In this document: positions 1-7,929 of the stretch, piece after piece
How positions within the stretch are numbered: position 1 is the first letter of the stretch
How the letters are laid out: each line of letters starts with the position of its first letter
Assembly: GCA_030018555.1 (NCBI GenBank)
Contig: JASEHY010000001.1
Coordinates: 1 to 30,444 of the forward strand
Length of the DNA: 30,444 bases
Reading direction: 5' to 3'
Source of the DNA: Planctomycetota bacterium
GTDB taxonomy: Bacteria > Planctomycetota > MHYJ01 > JACQXL01
Program-made: the position numbers and the translations under genes
The notes under the pieces: generated by a model
What the model was told of the DNA's origin: nothing
The model's input: the letters and a program-made list of their open reading frames with translations, nothing else
The model's database searches: none

Positions 1-429
1 CAAATTCTTTATCCTATTATCATCTTTAATATTATTTATATGGTGCACTTTTTCAGTTGGCTCAAGATATCTTCCTAAATACTTTTCTACTACTAATCTA
101 TGCTCAGCGACATATCCGCGATGTTTGGCAAAAGGATGTCCAAGATTTAGAATATAAACATATCCTCCTGAATTTCTGATTCTACCACCTTTCCAATTAT
201 GATGATTTTTTCCTCTATGTTGTAATCCATTTCTACGATTTATTTCTGTTATTACTTTTAATTGTTCTGGAGACCATTTTTTCCCCTTTCTTCCACTCGG
301 TTTTCCCTTAAGACTCTGACCATAACATTTACGACTACAATATTTTGATACCTTCCAGTAATTTTCTGAATAGAAATAATTTTTGGAATATTTTTTACCA
401 CAACTTGCGCAAGTTTTGAATTGTCTCAT
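1..429 (-). CDS. Free-standing HNH homing endonuclease (HNH_3-type), truncated at the window edge
   Basis: Not in the ORF track because it has no stop in the window. Manual translation from ATG at 429 (after GAGGA): MRQFKTCASCGKKY...SKYCSRKCY...NHHNWKGGR...GYVAEHRLVVEKYLGRYLEPTEKVHHINNIKDDNRIKNL. It has a Cys-rich N-terminus, a WKGG motif and the EHR...VHHIN..K.DNR..NL HNH core. Confidence 0.9.
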   Translation of the reverse strand, partial: MRQFKTCASCGKKYSKNYFYSENYWKVSKYCSRKCYGQSLKGKPSGRKGKKWSPEQLKVITEINRRNGLQHRGKNHHNWKGGRIRNSGGYVYILNLGHPFAKHRGYVAEHRLVVEKYLGRYLEPTEKVHHINNIKDDNRIKNL

Positions 430-447
430 ATATCCTCTTTTTGATAT

Positions 448-476
448 ATTTTACAACTCAATTATCAACTTGTCAA
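448..476 (-). promoter_or_regulatory. Sigma70-type promoter of the HNH gene
   Basis: Minus strand TTGACA (476-471), 17-nt spacer, TAAAAT (453-448), upstream of the RBS and ATG at 429. Confidence 0.75.
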
Positions 477-499
477 GTTAAATTATTAAGAATTAAAGT

Positions 500-775
500 C
501 TAAAATTCTACACGAATGCCCACCCGTATTTCCGTAGCAAGTTCGCTATTTGATTTTTGACTTATTCCTGCCTCCACAAATGGTATGAAAAACCTTGAGG
601 GCTTTTCTATCACCGTAACCCTTGAGCCTTTTTGGGCCACAACTTGCTGGGTCGGTTTATTAAAAGCAAACCACAAGCCCCATACGACGAGTCCTACCAA
701 TAAAAACCAAGGCAGGATACTGCCAAATCTTGCGGCAGAATGCTTTACTCGGTAACCGAGGGTATATTGAGACAT
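500..775 (-). CDS. Small membrane protein with an N-proximal TM helix and a C-terminal beta-signal-like end
   Basis: TM segment PWFLLVGLVVWGLWFAF; ends in RVGIRVEF. Confidence 0.7.
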   Translation of the reverse strand: MSQYTLGYRVKHSAARFGSILPWFLLVGLVVWGLWFAFNKPTQQVVAQKGSRVTVIEKPSRFFIPFVEAGISQKSNSELATEIRVGIRVEF

Positions 776-1002
776 TATTTCTTTTTTTCCTTATCCCATT
801 TTGGCACTAATAAAACGCAGATAATATCTTCCCAAAAAGTTAATTTACCTTCGCAAAAAACTCCATCAGTGCGAACTTGAAAACTATTTTTATCTGCCAT
901 TGGAATTTCCAATGCATCATCTTTGGTTTCTATATGAATAGCAAGATAAAATTTATCATAATCTTCAGTAAATTCCCTCTTTAAAGCTTCAGGTGGCATC
1001 AT
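775..1002 (-). CDS. Hypothetical protein
   Basis: 75-aa ORF tightly packed with its neighbours in the same operon. Confidence 0.6.
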   Translation of the reverse strand: MMPPEALKREFTEDYDKFYLAIHIETKDDALEIPMADKNSFQVRTDGVFCEGKLTFWEDIICVLLVPKWDKEKKK

Positions 1003-1312
1003 TTTGATAATCTCCTTGATAATCTCTTATACCTTTCTTTACGCCTTCCTCATATCCCTGTTGCCACCAAAATGGATTATCCCACCAATCAAAAATTCCT
1101 TCTGTATAATCGTAAAGAAAAAAATCATATTTTTGATTACAGTCAATTATCCCTTGTAGTGTATCTTGAATACTGTCGCATCCTTGTTCATATCCTATAC
1201 GGATTTGTTCACCATAATAAAAACAAAATCCACTAAATACTGCAAAGCAAAATAGAAAGATAAATAGTCTAAATCCTGTTAATTGTAAATTTTCCAATCG
1301 GATATACTTCAT
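989..1312 (-). CDS. Hypothetical single-TM protein
   Basis: Hydrophobic FRLFIFLFCFAVFSGFCFYYG followed by GYEQG/GYEEG helical motifs. Confidence 0.6.
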   Translation of the reverse strand: MKYIRLENLQLTGFRLFIFLFCFAVFSGFCFYYGEQIRIGYEQGCDSIQDTLQGIIDCNQKYDFFLYDYTEGIFDWWDNPFWWQQGYEEGVKKGIRDYQGDYQNDAT

Positions 1313-1317
1313 TTTTA

Positions 1318-1761
1318 TCAGAACTTTAGCGATATTTTAATAATACCTACGCCAGAAGCAAGGGTAACATCGGGGCTATTGAAAATATCTCTTACATACA
1401 AACCTATCGGATATAAGGTTATTGAAATTTTATCTTTTAACGGAAAGTCTATCGGCAGATATTTACCCAATGTTCCAAACTCTCTGCCTAACAACAATAC
1501 GCCATTAAAGACATTTGTATCGTAAGCCCCGCCCGCGTCTATGCTCCATCCTTCCAACAGAGCATTCCATTTACCGATACTTTCAACGGCCCTTGTCTTG
1601 GCTATTTCAAAAGTAGTTAAGTTTTTAACCTGTTTATGCTTCCATGAATAGACAAATCCTTGCTTAAGATTAACATTCATTTCCTCCGCCCTGCATAAAC
1701 CCACACAAACCGATAAAGCTAAAACGATTGCTACAAACACATAACTAATTTTTGCTCTCAT
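1318..1761 (-). CDS. Exported beta-rich protein, possibly outer-membrane
   Basis: Signal peptide MRAKISYVFVAIVLALSVCVGLCRA; amphipathic beta segments; C-terminal IKISLKF. Confidence 0.65.
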   Translation of the reverse strand: MRAKISYVFVAIVLALSVCVGLCRAEEMNVNLKQGFVYSWKHKQVKNLTTFEIAKTRAVESIGKWNALLEGWSIDAGGAYDTNVFNGVLLLGREFGTLGKYLPIDFPLKDKISITLYPIGLYVRDIFNSPDVTLASGVGIIKISLKF

Positions 1762-1949
1762 TTTACCTCCTCTTTCTCTTTTTCCTTAATATCTGTCCAC
1801 GATTGCCCTGCTACAAAAATACCAGCCAGAGCCAATACCATTCTTGTATATTCTGGTGCTTGATATTTTAAAATCACAGTAACTACAGAAACACATATAC
1901 CCATTATCGTCGCAAATATGAACCGTTTACCCATTAAATTGCCATTCAT
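1758..1949 (-). CDS. Holin-like small two-TM protein
   Basis: 63 aa with two hydrophobic helices, a GQSWTD turn and a highly charged tail (KEKEKEEVK), which is the typical holin architecture. Confidence 0.55.
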   Translation of the reverse strand: MNGNLMGKRFIFATIMGICVSVVTVILKYQAPEYTRMVLALAGIFVAGQSWTDIKEKEKEEVK

Positions 1950-1962
1950 CCTATCCCCCTCT

Positions 1963-2127
1963 CTACGCCCACCTGTTGATATGCGGAACTATCCTGCCCG
2001 CAAAGCCCATTTTTATACTTACCCCCTGAAAGTTTCTCTGGATAAAACCTCTACAAGCATAACATAGACGATAAATTTTTGTCCTGATTTTTGTCTGGCA
2101 TTTAAGGCATTTTCTATTTCCATTCAT
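1963..2127 (-). CDS. Small Cys4 zinc-finger-like protein (54 aa, below the ORF-track cutoff)
   Basis: Manual translation MNGNRKCLKCQTKIRTKIYRLCYACRGFIQRNFQGVSIKMGFAGRIVPHINRWA; it fills the gap between neighbouring ORFs. Confidence 0.55.
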   Translation of the reverse strand: MNGNRKCLKCQTKIRTKIYRLCYACRGFIQRNFQGVSIKMGFAGRIVPHINRWA

Positions 2128-2305
2128 CTTTTAACTCCTGCTTTGTGGGAATTTCTAATTCAGAATGATATTCAAATGATATGCCTTCCCAGTTACATCC
2201 AGCGCATAGGCATTTAATATACCACTTGCCGTCAACAAGTTCTTTAAACAGTCCTTGACGCTGATGAAAGGGGCAAGTTATTTCTACCCTTTTATTACTA
2301 TCCAT
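2114..2305 (-). CDS. Small Cys/His-rich hypothetical protein
   Basis: Track ORF 2114-2341; the more likely start is the ATG at 2305 (MDSNKRVEITCPFH...CLCAGC), preceded by AGGA. Confidence 0.5.
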   Translation of the reverse strand: MDSNKRVEITCPFHQRQGLFKELVDGKWYIKCLCAGCNWEGISFEYHSELEIPTKQELKDEWK

Positions 2306-2619
2306 AGCAGTCCTAATGTGACTATACTTATTATACCCCAAAGCCAGAATATACTATTTGTCGTTTCAATTCTTTTCTTCATACAGCCAGAATATATGCT
2401 GTCTTTGCTGTCTACTATTTTTTTGACTTCCTCTATTTTGTCGCATAAGAGCTTACGATAATCAGTAGTAGACTCCATCCAGTTATTTATGCGCTCCTCA
2501 ATTACTGCAATCTTATTGACTTCTTCCCGCAAGTTTTCTACCAACGCTTTAAGTTCGTGTAGGTCTTCAGCCATTCCTCTATAGTCCCTGCGCCTTTCTT
2601 CGCCAAAATACTCGCTCAT
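2284..2619 (-). CDS. Coiled-coil protein with a C-terminal TM anchor (XhlA/holin-associated-like architecture)
   Basis: Heptad-rich N-terminal part and C-terminal IFWLWGIISIVTLGLLWIVI. Confidence 0.6.
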   Translation of the reverse strand: MSEYFGEERRRDYRGMAEDLHELKALVENLREEVNKIAVIEERINNWMESTTDYRKLLCDKIEEVKKIVDSKDSIYSGCMKKRIETTNSIFWLWGIISIVTLGLLWIVIKG

Positions 2620-2810
2620 CTTGGCTCTAAAGTAATCTTAAACCTATTCGCCTTTGTCTTATCTAATCCGAGAAGTTCATTCACCATCACACAATCCCAG
2701 ACATCCATCAGAAACTTATTGCGGAATTTCTCTTCGGGATGGTCGTCATCAAATATAAGAAGCCATTTTAGATGTGGCTCGTTCCAGATAATTTTGAGAT
2801 GAAGGGTCAT
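2616..2810 (-). CDS. Hypothetical protein
   Basis: 64-aa ORF with ATGA overlaps at both ends (translational coupling). Confidence 0.6.
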   Translation of the reverse strand: MTLHLKIIWNEPHLKWLLIFDDDHPEEKFRNKFLMDVWDCVMVNELLGLDKTKANRFKITLEPR

Positions 2811-4474
2811 TGAATTATCCCAAATATATCATTAGCACCTGCGGGTTCTTGCCTTTGCACTGCGCCTATATCCTTATAGCCAGTGCTTAATGCCGCCTGA
2901 AATGCCCCAGGGAAACCTTCTGCCTTAAGATTAGTCCCAATGGCAAAATTCCTTCCCGTAGTTACCTGATATACGATATTTGCCGCCGTATTCTCTCCTG
3001 CGTCTAAATCAGTAGTAACCGTGGTCTGTGTATGTGAGGTTATCAAATACTGTCCTGCGGTTACGCCAGTTCCAGAAACAATATATATGAAGTCTTGGCT
3101 ATTCACTACATTGTTGAAATTTGCGCCTGCATCTGTTAAAGTTGAACCTGCATAAGTAGCGGTAGTGCCTGTAACCTGTGCAACAGAGGTAAAGGTAGGG
3201 TTAAGGGCTAAATCATTATCGCCTTTAGTAACATTGCTGACATCGGTATCATTATTGAAATAATCATTATAATCGTCATAGGTTACCGTCTGCCCTGCTG
3301 TGCCGTGAGAAGCACCTGTTGCAAAACCGTAAATGATATTATTGACAAACCTTGCATTAGACTGCCCAGCGGCGAGACTTATCCCTGTGCCTGTAGTATT
3401 TTCTGAACCATAAAGGGTGCAACCTTCTACTATTAGATTAGAGGTAGAGGCTGCCGTCATCTGTATCGCCGCAGTTACATGGCTATCAAAAATACAGTTA
3501 ATAATCGCAGGTGTCCCTGCTCCTGTGCCTGTCCACCTAAAACCAATATCGCTATCGTGCAGATATGAACCGATAAGATGTATATTGAGAGAACCTGTTA
3601 TGTCTAAACCTCTACCCCGATAAGAAATAAGCTCACAATCTAAAAGCAGAAGATTAGTAAATGTTGCCTGTGATAATCCCGCCCTGCCTGCGGTAGTAGA
3701 TGAATTAGTGAATTTGCAATTTACCGTTTTACTATTTGTCCCTGCGGAAAAAAGATAGCTTGCCGTTCCTGTAAGCTGAAGATTATAAAAATCAAAGTTA
3801 GTGCTTGAGGTAAATGAATTAGCCCCGCAGGCTATGGTTGGTCTTGAATTTCCCGCAGGGTTGTCTCCTCTTGTCGTTTTATATCCATAAATCCTTATAG
3901 GCGCAGTTGTCCCGCCTGTGCCTGCAATGTTGATGATTTCGCTGGGAGTAAAGGTAACAGTTGAGGTCGTATTGTTATTATAAAAATAAACCGTAACCCC
4001 ATCGGTAGTATTTGCCCCGCTAATCTCTTCAAAGAAATCATCTTCCAAAGAACCACCAACATTCAGGGCCCCGCCAATATAAAAAGTCCCCGCTGAACCA
4101 CTTAAAGAGGGTGCGGGAGTTCTATCAAGCACTAAGGTATTTGCGTCAGTAAAAGCAGTTATTTCATACCAACCAATAGTAAGATTAGTGCCTGCGGTAA
4201 TATGGATTACATTTCCTACTGCCGCTGAAGTGAATCCTCCCGTAGCAGAAGTTACGGTAGTTGACGGAGTAGTGCAAGCAAGGTCTGTGGCAGTCCATTG
4301 GGCGGCATTTTGCGTAGAATAATCTGTGCCGCTTGCCCCCGTTTTAAATCCTCCGCCGTTGACCATATTGGCTGTTGCAGTAGAGCGGAACTCAAAGATT
4401 ATACTGCTGCTCATCGTCGCAAAACATACTTGAGGAATAAATAACAAGACTAAAAATAAAAATATTTTCTTCAT
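2807..4474 (-). CDS. Tailspike/depolymerase-like right-handed beta-helix protein with signal peptide
   Basis: Signal MKKIFLFLVLLFIPQVCFA; Thr/Gly-rich; parallel beta-helix ladder (NCKF, DCEL, NCIF, GCTL, NNII) and a pectin-lyase-like tail ending DIGAVQRQE. Confidence 0.7.
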   Translation of the reverse strand: MKKIFLFLVLLFIPQVCFATMSSSIIFEFRSTATANMVNGGGFKTGASGTDYSTQNAAQWTATDLACTTPSTTVTSATGGFTSAAVGNVIHITAGTNLTIGWYEITAFTDANTLVLDRTPAPSLSGSAGTFYIGGALNVGGSLEDDFFEEISGANTTDGVTVYFYNNNTTSTVTFTPSEIINIAGTGGTTAPIRIYGYKTTRGDNPAGNSRPTIACGANSFTSSTNFDFYNLQLTGTASYLFSAGTNSKTVNCKFTNSSTTAGRAGLSQATFTNLLLLDCELISYRGRGLDITGSLNIHLIGSYLHDSDIGFRWTGTGAGTPAIINCIFDSHVTAAIQMTAASTSNLIVEGCTLYGSENTTGTGISLAAGQSNARFVNNIIYGFATGASHGTAGQTVTYDDYNDYFNNDTDVSNVTKGDNDLALNPTFTSVAQVTGTTATYAGSTLTDAGANFNNVVNSQDFIYIVSGTGVTAGQYLITSHTQTTVTTDLDAGENTAANIVYQVTTGRNFAIGTNLKAEGFPGAFQAALSTGYKDIGAVQRQEPAGANDIFGIIQ

Positions 4475-4905
4475 TCGTTTATGCGTTTCACTTTTATTCC
4501 CATTTCACTTATCAACCAATCGCCGTCGTCAGAGCCATCTCCTTTTTTTTGAGCTTTGAAATTCCTCTCAGAACAACCAATAATTACCCAGTCGGGTTTT
4601 TTAATTTCTACATTATCAAGATTACAGTTAATTAAGGTAATATTTTTAAGACCTTTAGGGAATACCTCAACTCTGCCTTTTGCTACTTCAATAGGAAGTT
4701 CTTGAGAAAAGCAAGAGCCAATAATAGTTGTTCCCTCTAACTCCGCAATATCAACATCCAATAATATCCTTCCTGTAAAATCTTTAAATGAGTATTTATC
4801 GTTATAGACAATATCTTGGCAATTTTTCCCATCAGGTTTACAATACTTGATTTGCCCCGCATAAGCTATTGAAGTCAACGATAAAAATATAATTAAAGTT
4901 TTCAT
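4471..4905 (-). CDS. Exported hypothetical protein, possibly fibre-associated
   Basis: Track ORF starts at 4935; the likely start is the ATG at 4905, giving signal MKTLIIFLSLTSIAYA. Confidence 0.6.
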   Translation of the reverse strand: MKTLIIFLSLTSIAYAGQIKYCKPDGKNCQDIVYNDKYSFKDFTGRILLDVDIAELEGTTIIGSCFSQELPIEVAKGRVEVFPKGLKNITLINCNLDNVEIKKPDWVIIGCSERNFKAQKKGDGSDDGDWLISEMGIKVKRINE

Positions 4906-4909
4906 AAAA

Positions 4910-6055
4910 TTATGTCCTATCCACCGTATAGTCAAAGGTTATAATAACACGAGTAGGAGTGCCTGAAACCGAGGTAGTATGCACGCCTATGTAATCTCCA
5001 CTATCTATTGTAGGGTTAGATAATGTGCCGTCATCGTTAGCATTTGTGCCAGCAGTTGAGGTAATATCGGTTGCCCCATCAACCCCTGCGCAAGTGCCGC
5101 CATTAGCATCGCATTCGTCCAAATGCCCGACCCAGTTTGTTCCGCCTACACAGAGAGCGTGGACTGCCTTAATCGTTACCGCATAAGGCATACGGATTGC
5201 CGCACCGTCTCCAGAGGCAGTGGGAGAGTTAATTATAATCGCTATAGGAGCATAATAAGGCAATACTCTTGGTGTTGCCCCGTATAATAATTGGTCATCA
5301 GTAGTATCTTGAGCTATCTCACCTGCGGCGTCTACCACTGGACTCGCACCATTAGGTATCGCAACCGAAGTAGTAAATGATGGCGATGTGCCAAATACTG
5401 CCGCACCTGTTCCCGTCTCATCTGTTAAAATGCCTGCTAATTCAGAAGAAGTATCTATAAGTCCGTTATGGGTAAGCGTAACATCAGCCACGATAGCATT
5501 GATTTCTGAATAGGTATCCATCTCATCGTCGTTATAGACTGCTATCGCACCTTCAGTCAATGCCGCCGCATTGAAAGTTCCGCTGGCCTGTAAGATTTCA
5601 GAGGCGTCTACTTTCAAGGTAACATCCGTGCCCGCAGGAGACGCTTCCCAGGCTATTCCTTCGGCATTATCTAATCTTATCGCCTCTGCGTCAGCAGGGT
5701 CGGTAGCGTCAATGGAAAGTGGAGCATTGAATAAGAAGTCTGTGCCGTCATAGTCAAGGGTTTTATCCCCGCCTACATTATTAAATGTAAGCGTTGTGCC
5801 TTGCGTGCCGTCAAAGCACGCTCCTGTAGTGCAATCGCCGACTGAGGTAACATCGCCTACGCCGCCTCCGCCTCCAGTGGTTACTGAACCCGAATAGTCG
5901 GCATTCTCGGTAAGCGTTCCATTAGTTACTTTAAGCTTCCAATATGCGCCAGAGGGTGCTCCGTCCTCTTCCTCGATTGTTAAGCGGCCGGGGATAGGTT
6001 GTGCGTAGGAAAGCGTAGAGAGAAATAGGAGGAAAAAAAGGATTAGCTTTTTCAT
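4910..6055 (-). CDS. Tail fibre/appendage-like protein with signal peptide
   Basis: Signal MKKLILFFLLFLSTLSYA; Gly/Thr/Asp-rich with ETGTGAAVFGTSPSFTT fibre-type repeats and a C-terminal beta-sandwich. Confidence 0.65.
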   Translation of the reverse strand: MKKLILFFLLFLSTLSYAQPIPGRLTIEEEDGAPSGAYWKLKVTNGTLTENADYSGSVTTGGGGGVGDVTSVGDCTTGACFDGTQGTTLTFNNVGGDKTLDYDGTDFLFNAPLSIDATDPADAEAIRLDNAEGIAWEASPAGTDVTLKVDASEILQASGTFNAAALTEGAIAVYNDDEMDTYSEINAIVADVTLTHNGLIDTSSELAGILTDETGTGAAVFGTSPSFTTSVAIPNGASPVVDAAGEIAQDTTDDQLLYGATPRVLPYYAPIAIIINSPTASGDGAAIRMPYAVTIKAVHALCVGGTNWVGHLDECDANGGTCAGVDGATDITSTAGTNANDDGTLSNPTIDSGDYIGVHTTSVSGTPTRVIITFDYTVDRT

Positions 6056-6375
6056 CCTGAATAACTCACTCTGATTGTTGCACTGGTAGAACTTACTCTT
6101 GTAGCTTTGAAGTTTTTAACATCAGAGGCATTATTCAGTTTAATTATATCCATAGGATTTGATAAATGCCCCCCTGTTGAGGTAGGATTTCCACCATCAA
6201 TGCGCCAGCGAATTTGAGCGGTTTCTATGGTAATGAGAGCGTTGACTGCGGTGTTTCCGTCAGTGTCAGTATATGATAAAGAAGTTAAGGATTTTACGGT
6301 ATCATCCACCGTAATTGACTCATAAGCAAATGCGGGAATTTGACCCGCTATGACATTTATAGGTGATTGCGCCAT
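6052..6375 (-). CDS. Small beta-rich virion-associated protein, no signal peptide
   Basis: 107 aa, RBS AAGGA, sits between the ejection genes and the fibre cluster. Confidence 0.6.
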   Translation of the reverse strand: MAQSPINVIAGQIPAFAYESITVDDTVKSLTSLSYTDTDGNTAVNALITIETAQIRWRIDGGNPTSTGGHLSNPMDIIKLNNASDVKNFKATRVSSTSATIRVSYSG

Positions 6376-6385
6376 AAGATTTTCC

Positions 6386-6414
6386 TTGACAGGTTAGGTT
6401 ACTTGTGGTTTACT
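6386..6414 (+). promoter_or_regulatory. Antisense sigma70-type promoter
   Basis: TTGACA (6386-6391), 17-nt spacer, TTTACT (6409-6414) with an extended -10 TG. Same CCTTGACA...TGGT(A/T)TACTTT frame as the promoter at 27598. Confidence 0.6.
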
Positions 6415-6420
6415 TTGGGT

Positions 6421-6477
6421 ATGGAAATTATATTTTGGTGTTTAATAATAGCAATAGGGTGGACTTTAGCGAGTTAA
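6421..6477 (+). CDS. Putative leaderless 18-aa hydrophobic micropeptide
   Basis: ATG 6 nt after the -10 element; translation MEIIFWCLIIAIGWTLAS*. Confidence 0.45.
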   Translation: MEIIFWCLIIAIGWTLAS

Positions 6478-7929
6478 TCTATTCACTAATTCATAAATTC
6501 CATATCCTATGGCCGTTCTACCTATCACCTTCTTTCCTATCATTTTTAACTCTTGTCGTTTTCTGAATTTATTCATATTAGTAATTATTCTTTGTGTATC
6601 TTCGTTTAATTCTTTAAGCCGATAGAATAAATTTTCTTTTCCCGCCTGTTGAGCCTTTCCGCCAAAAGCACTTAACAGTCTCCCCGTCTCCTGGGGTTCC
6701 CCCGTTTGGTCTATAACCATTCGTTTAATAACTTTAGTTAAACGATAAGTATCTGTTGCTTTTTTGTCAAGGTATTTAAGATATTCTCCCTCTTCTGTTC
6801 CTGCTAATGTTTTCTCTGTTATATTTTTAAGTTTAAAATATGCTTTAACTTTCCTTACTTGAACAGGAGTCAAATTAAACCCCTTCTTACCTCTCATCCA
6901 TACACTTTCGGGAATATCCTTTTGCAGAATATTTTTCACTTTTTGGACTGTATCCAAAGTGGCGGACAATTCAGATGGGCCACCTTCAAGCGGGTGTATA
7001 CCAGTCTTAAGCGTATTTATTATATCATCTGCTTCTTCTTTAGTTGCGCCCTTAAATAAACTATAAATTACATCCTTGAGTTCTGTCTTATTGACTTCCA
7101 TTTTACCTATGCCAATATCGTCGTATAAATAACGATATTCTTCTTGTATGCCCTTCACAGTATCATCGGCAACCTCAAGCGCCCTACGGGGTTGTTCTAA
7201 TATCCATTCCCTATTCATAATCTTTGGGACTTTATTACCTAAAGATTTGATATTCTCAATCGCTTTTACAAATCCTCTCTTGGCAGTTTCGCCAATAGGC
7301 GATTCCGCTATTTCTTTAGCAGTAGTTTTTATAATTTTACCTGCTTTCCCAAATTCTTTGCCTATTCCTTTTGTTATTACCTGGCCTTTAGCGGTTTTTC
7401 CTAAGAAACGGGCCGCAATTCCACCCGCATAAGTTATTGGGTCAGTAGCTACATCTAATGCCGTTCCCGCAAATACACTCGGAAAAGCCTTAGCGTAATC
7501 AACAGCCTGATTTCCTGTTAATTTTGGAGCAAACTTCCTATAAACTTCTTCTTGAAAAGTAGGAGCTTCTTCTGGTTTTTGGAATCCAGAAAGTGCCGCT
7601 AAAAATCGGTTCCTGTCTTTTGGCATTATTGCCGATCTTACTGCTCCGCCTGGCCGTGATAATGCGTGCTGAATATCTCCAAGTATGTTCTTTTGTCCAG
7701 GCTCAAACTCAGCTTGTGAAAGTGCTTGAGGGGTTAAGTATCTTACCGATTTAGCGGCGAATCGTTCCAGGGGATTGCGGCTTTCAAGCTTTCGTTTAAA
7801 TTCTTCTTTCCCTAACTGCTCTCTTTTTTCAGTATAAGAAAGCGGCTTCTTCGGAGCTTCCAAAATACCTTCATCAAGATAGGTTATCTTGCTTTTGGGC
7901 TTTTCTTCATCTAAATATGTAATAGGCAT
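6466..7929 (-). CDS. Putative DNA ejection (internal virion) protein 3
   Basis: Last of three alpha-helical ORFs after the nozzle/fibre/GNAT genes, as in P22/T7-type gene order; MPITYLDE-type N-terminus. Confidence 0.6.
   Translation of the reverse strand: MPITYLDEEKPKSKITYLDEGILEAPKKPLSYTEKREQLGKEEFKRKLESRNPLERFAAKSVRYLTPQALSQAEFEPGQKNILGDIQHALSRPGGAVRSAIMPKDRNRFLAALSGFQKPEEAPTFQEEVYRKFAPKLTGNQAVDYAKAFPSVFAGTALDVATDPITYAGGIAARFLGKTAKGQVITKGIGKEFGKAGKIIKTTAKEIAESPIGETAKRGFVKAIENIKSLGNKVPKIMNREWILEQPRRALEVADDTVKGIQEEYRYLYDDIGIGKMEVNKTELKDVIYSLFKGATKEEADDIINTLKTGIHPLEGGPSELSATLDTVQKVKNILQKDIPESVWMRGKKGFNLTPVQVRKVKAYFKLKNITEKTLAGTEEGEYLKYLDKKATDTYRLTKVIKRMVIDQTGEPQETGRLLSAFGGKAQQAGKENLFYRLKELNEDTQRIITNMNKFRKRQELKMIGKKVIGRTAIGYGIYELVNRLTR

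Noticed and set aside
1935-2127. Two adjacent ORFs both begin MNGN (ATGAATGG)
   Set aside because: The match is only about 8-11 nt in AT-rich DNA and the proteins are otherwise unrelated.
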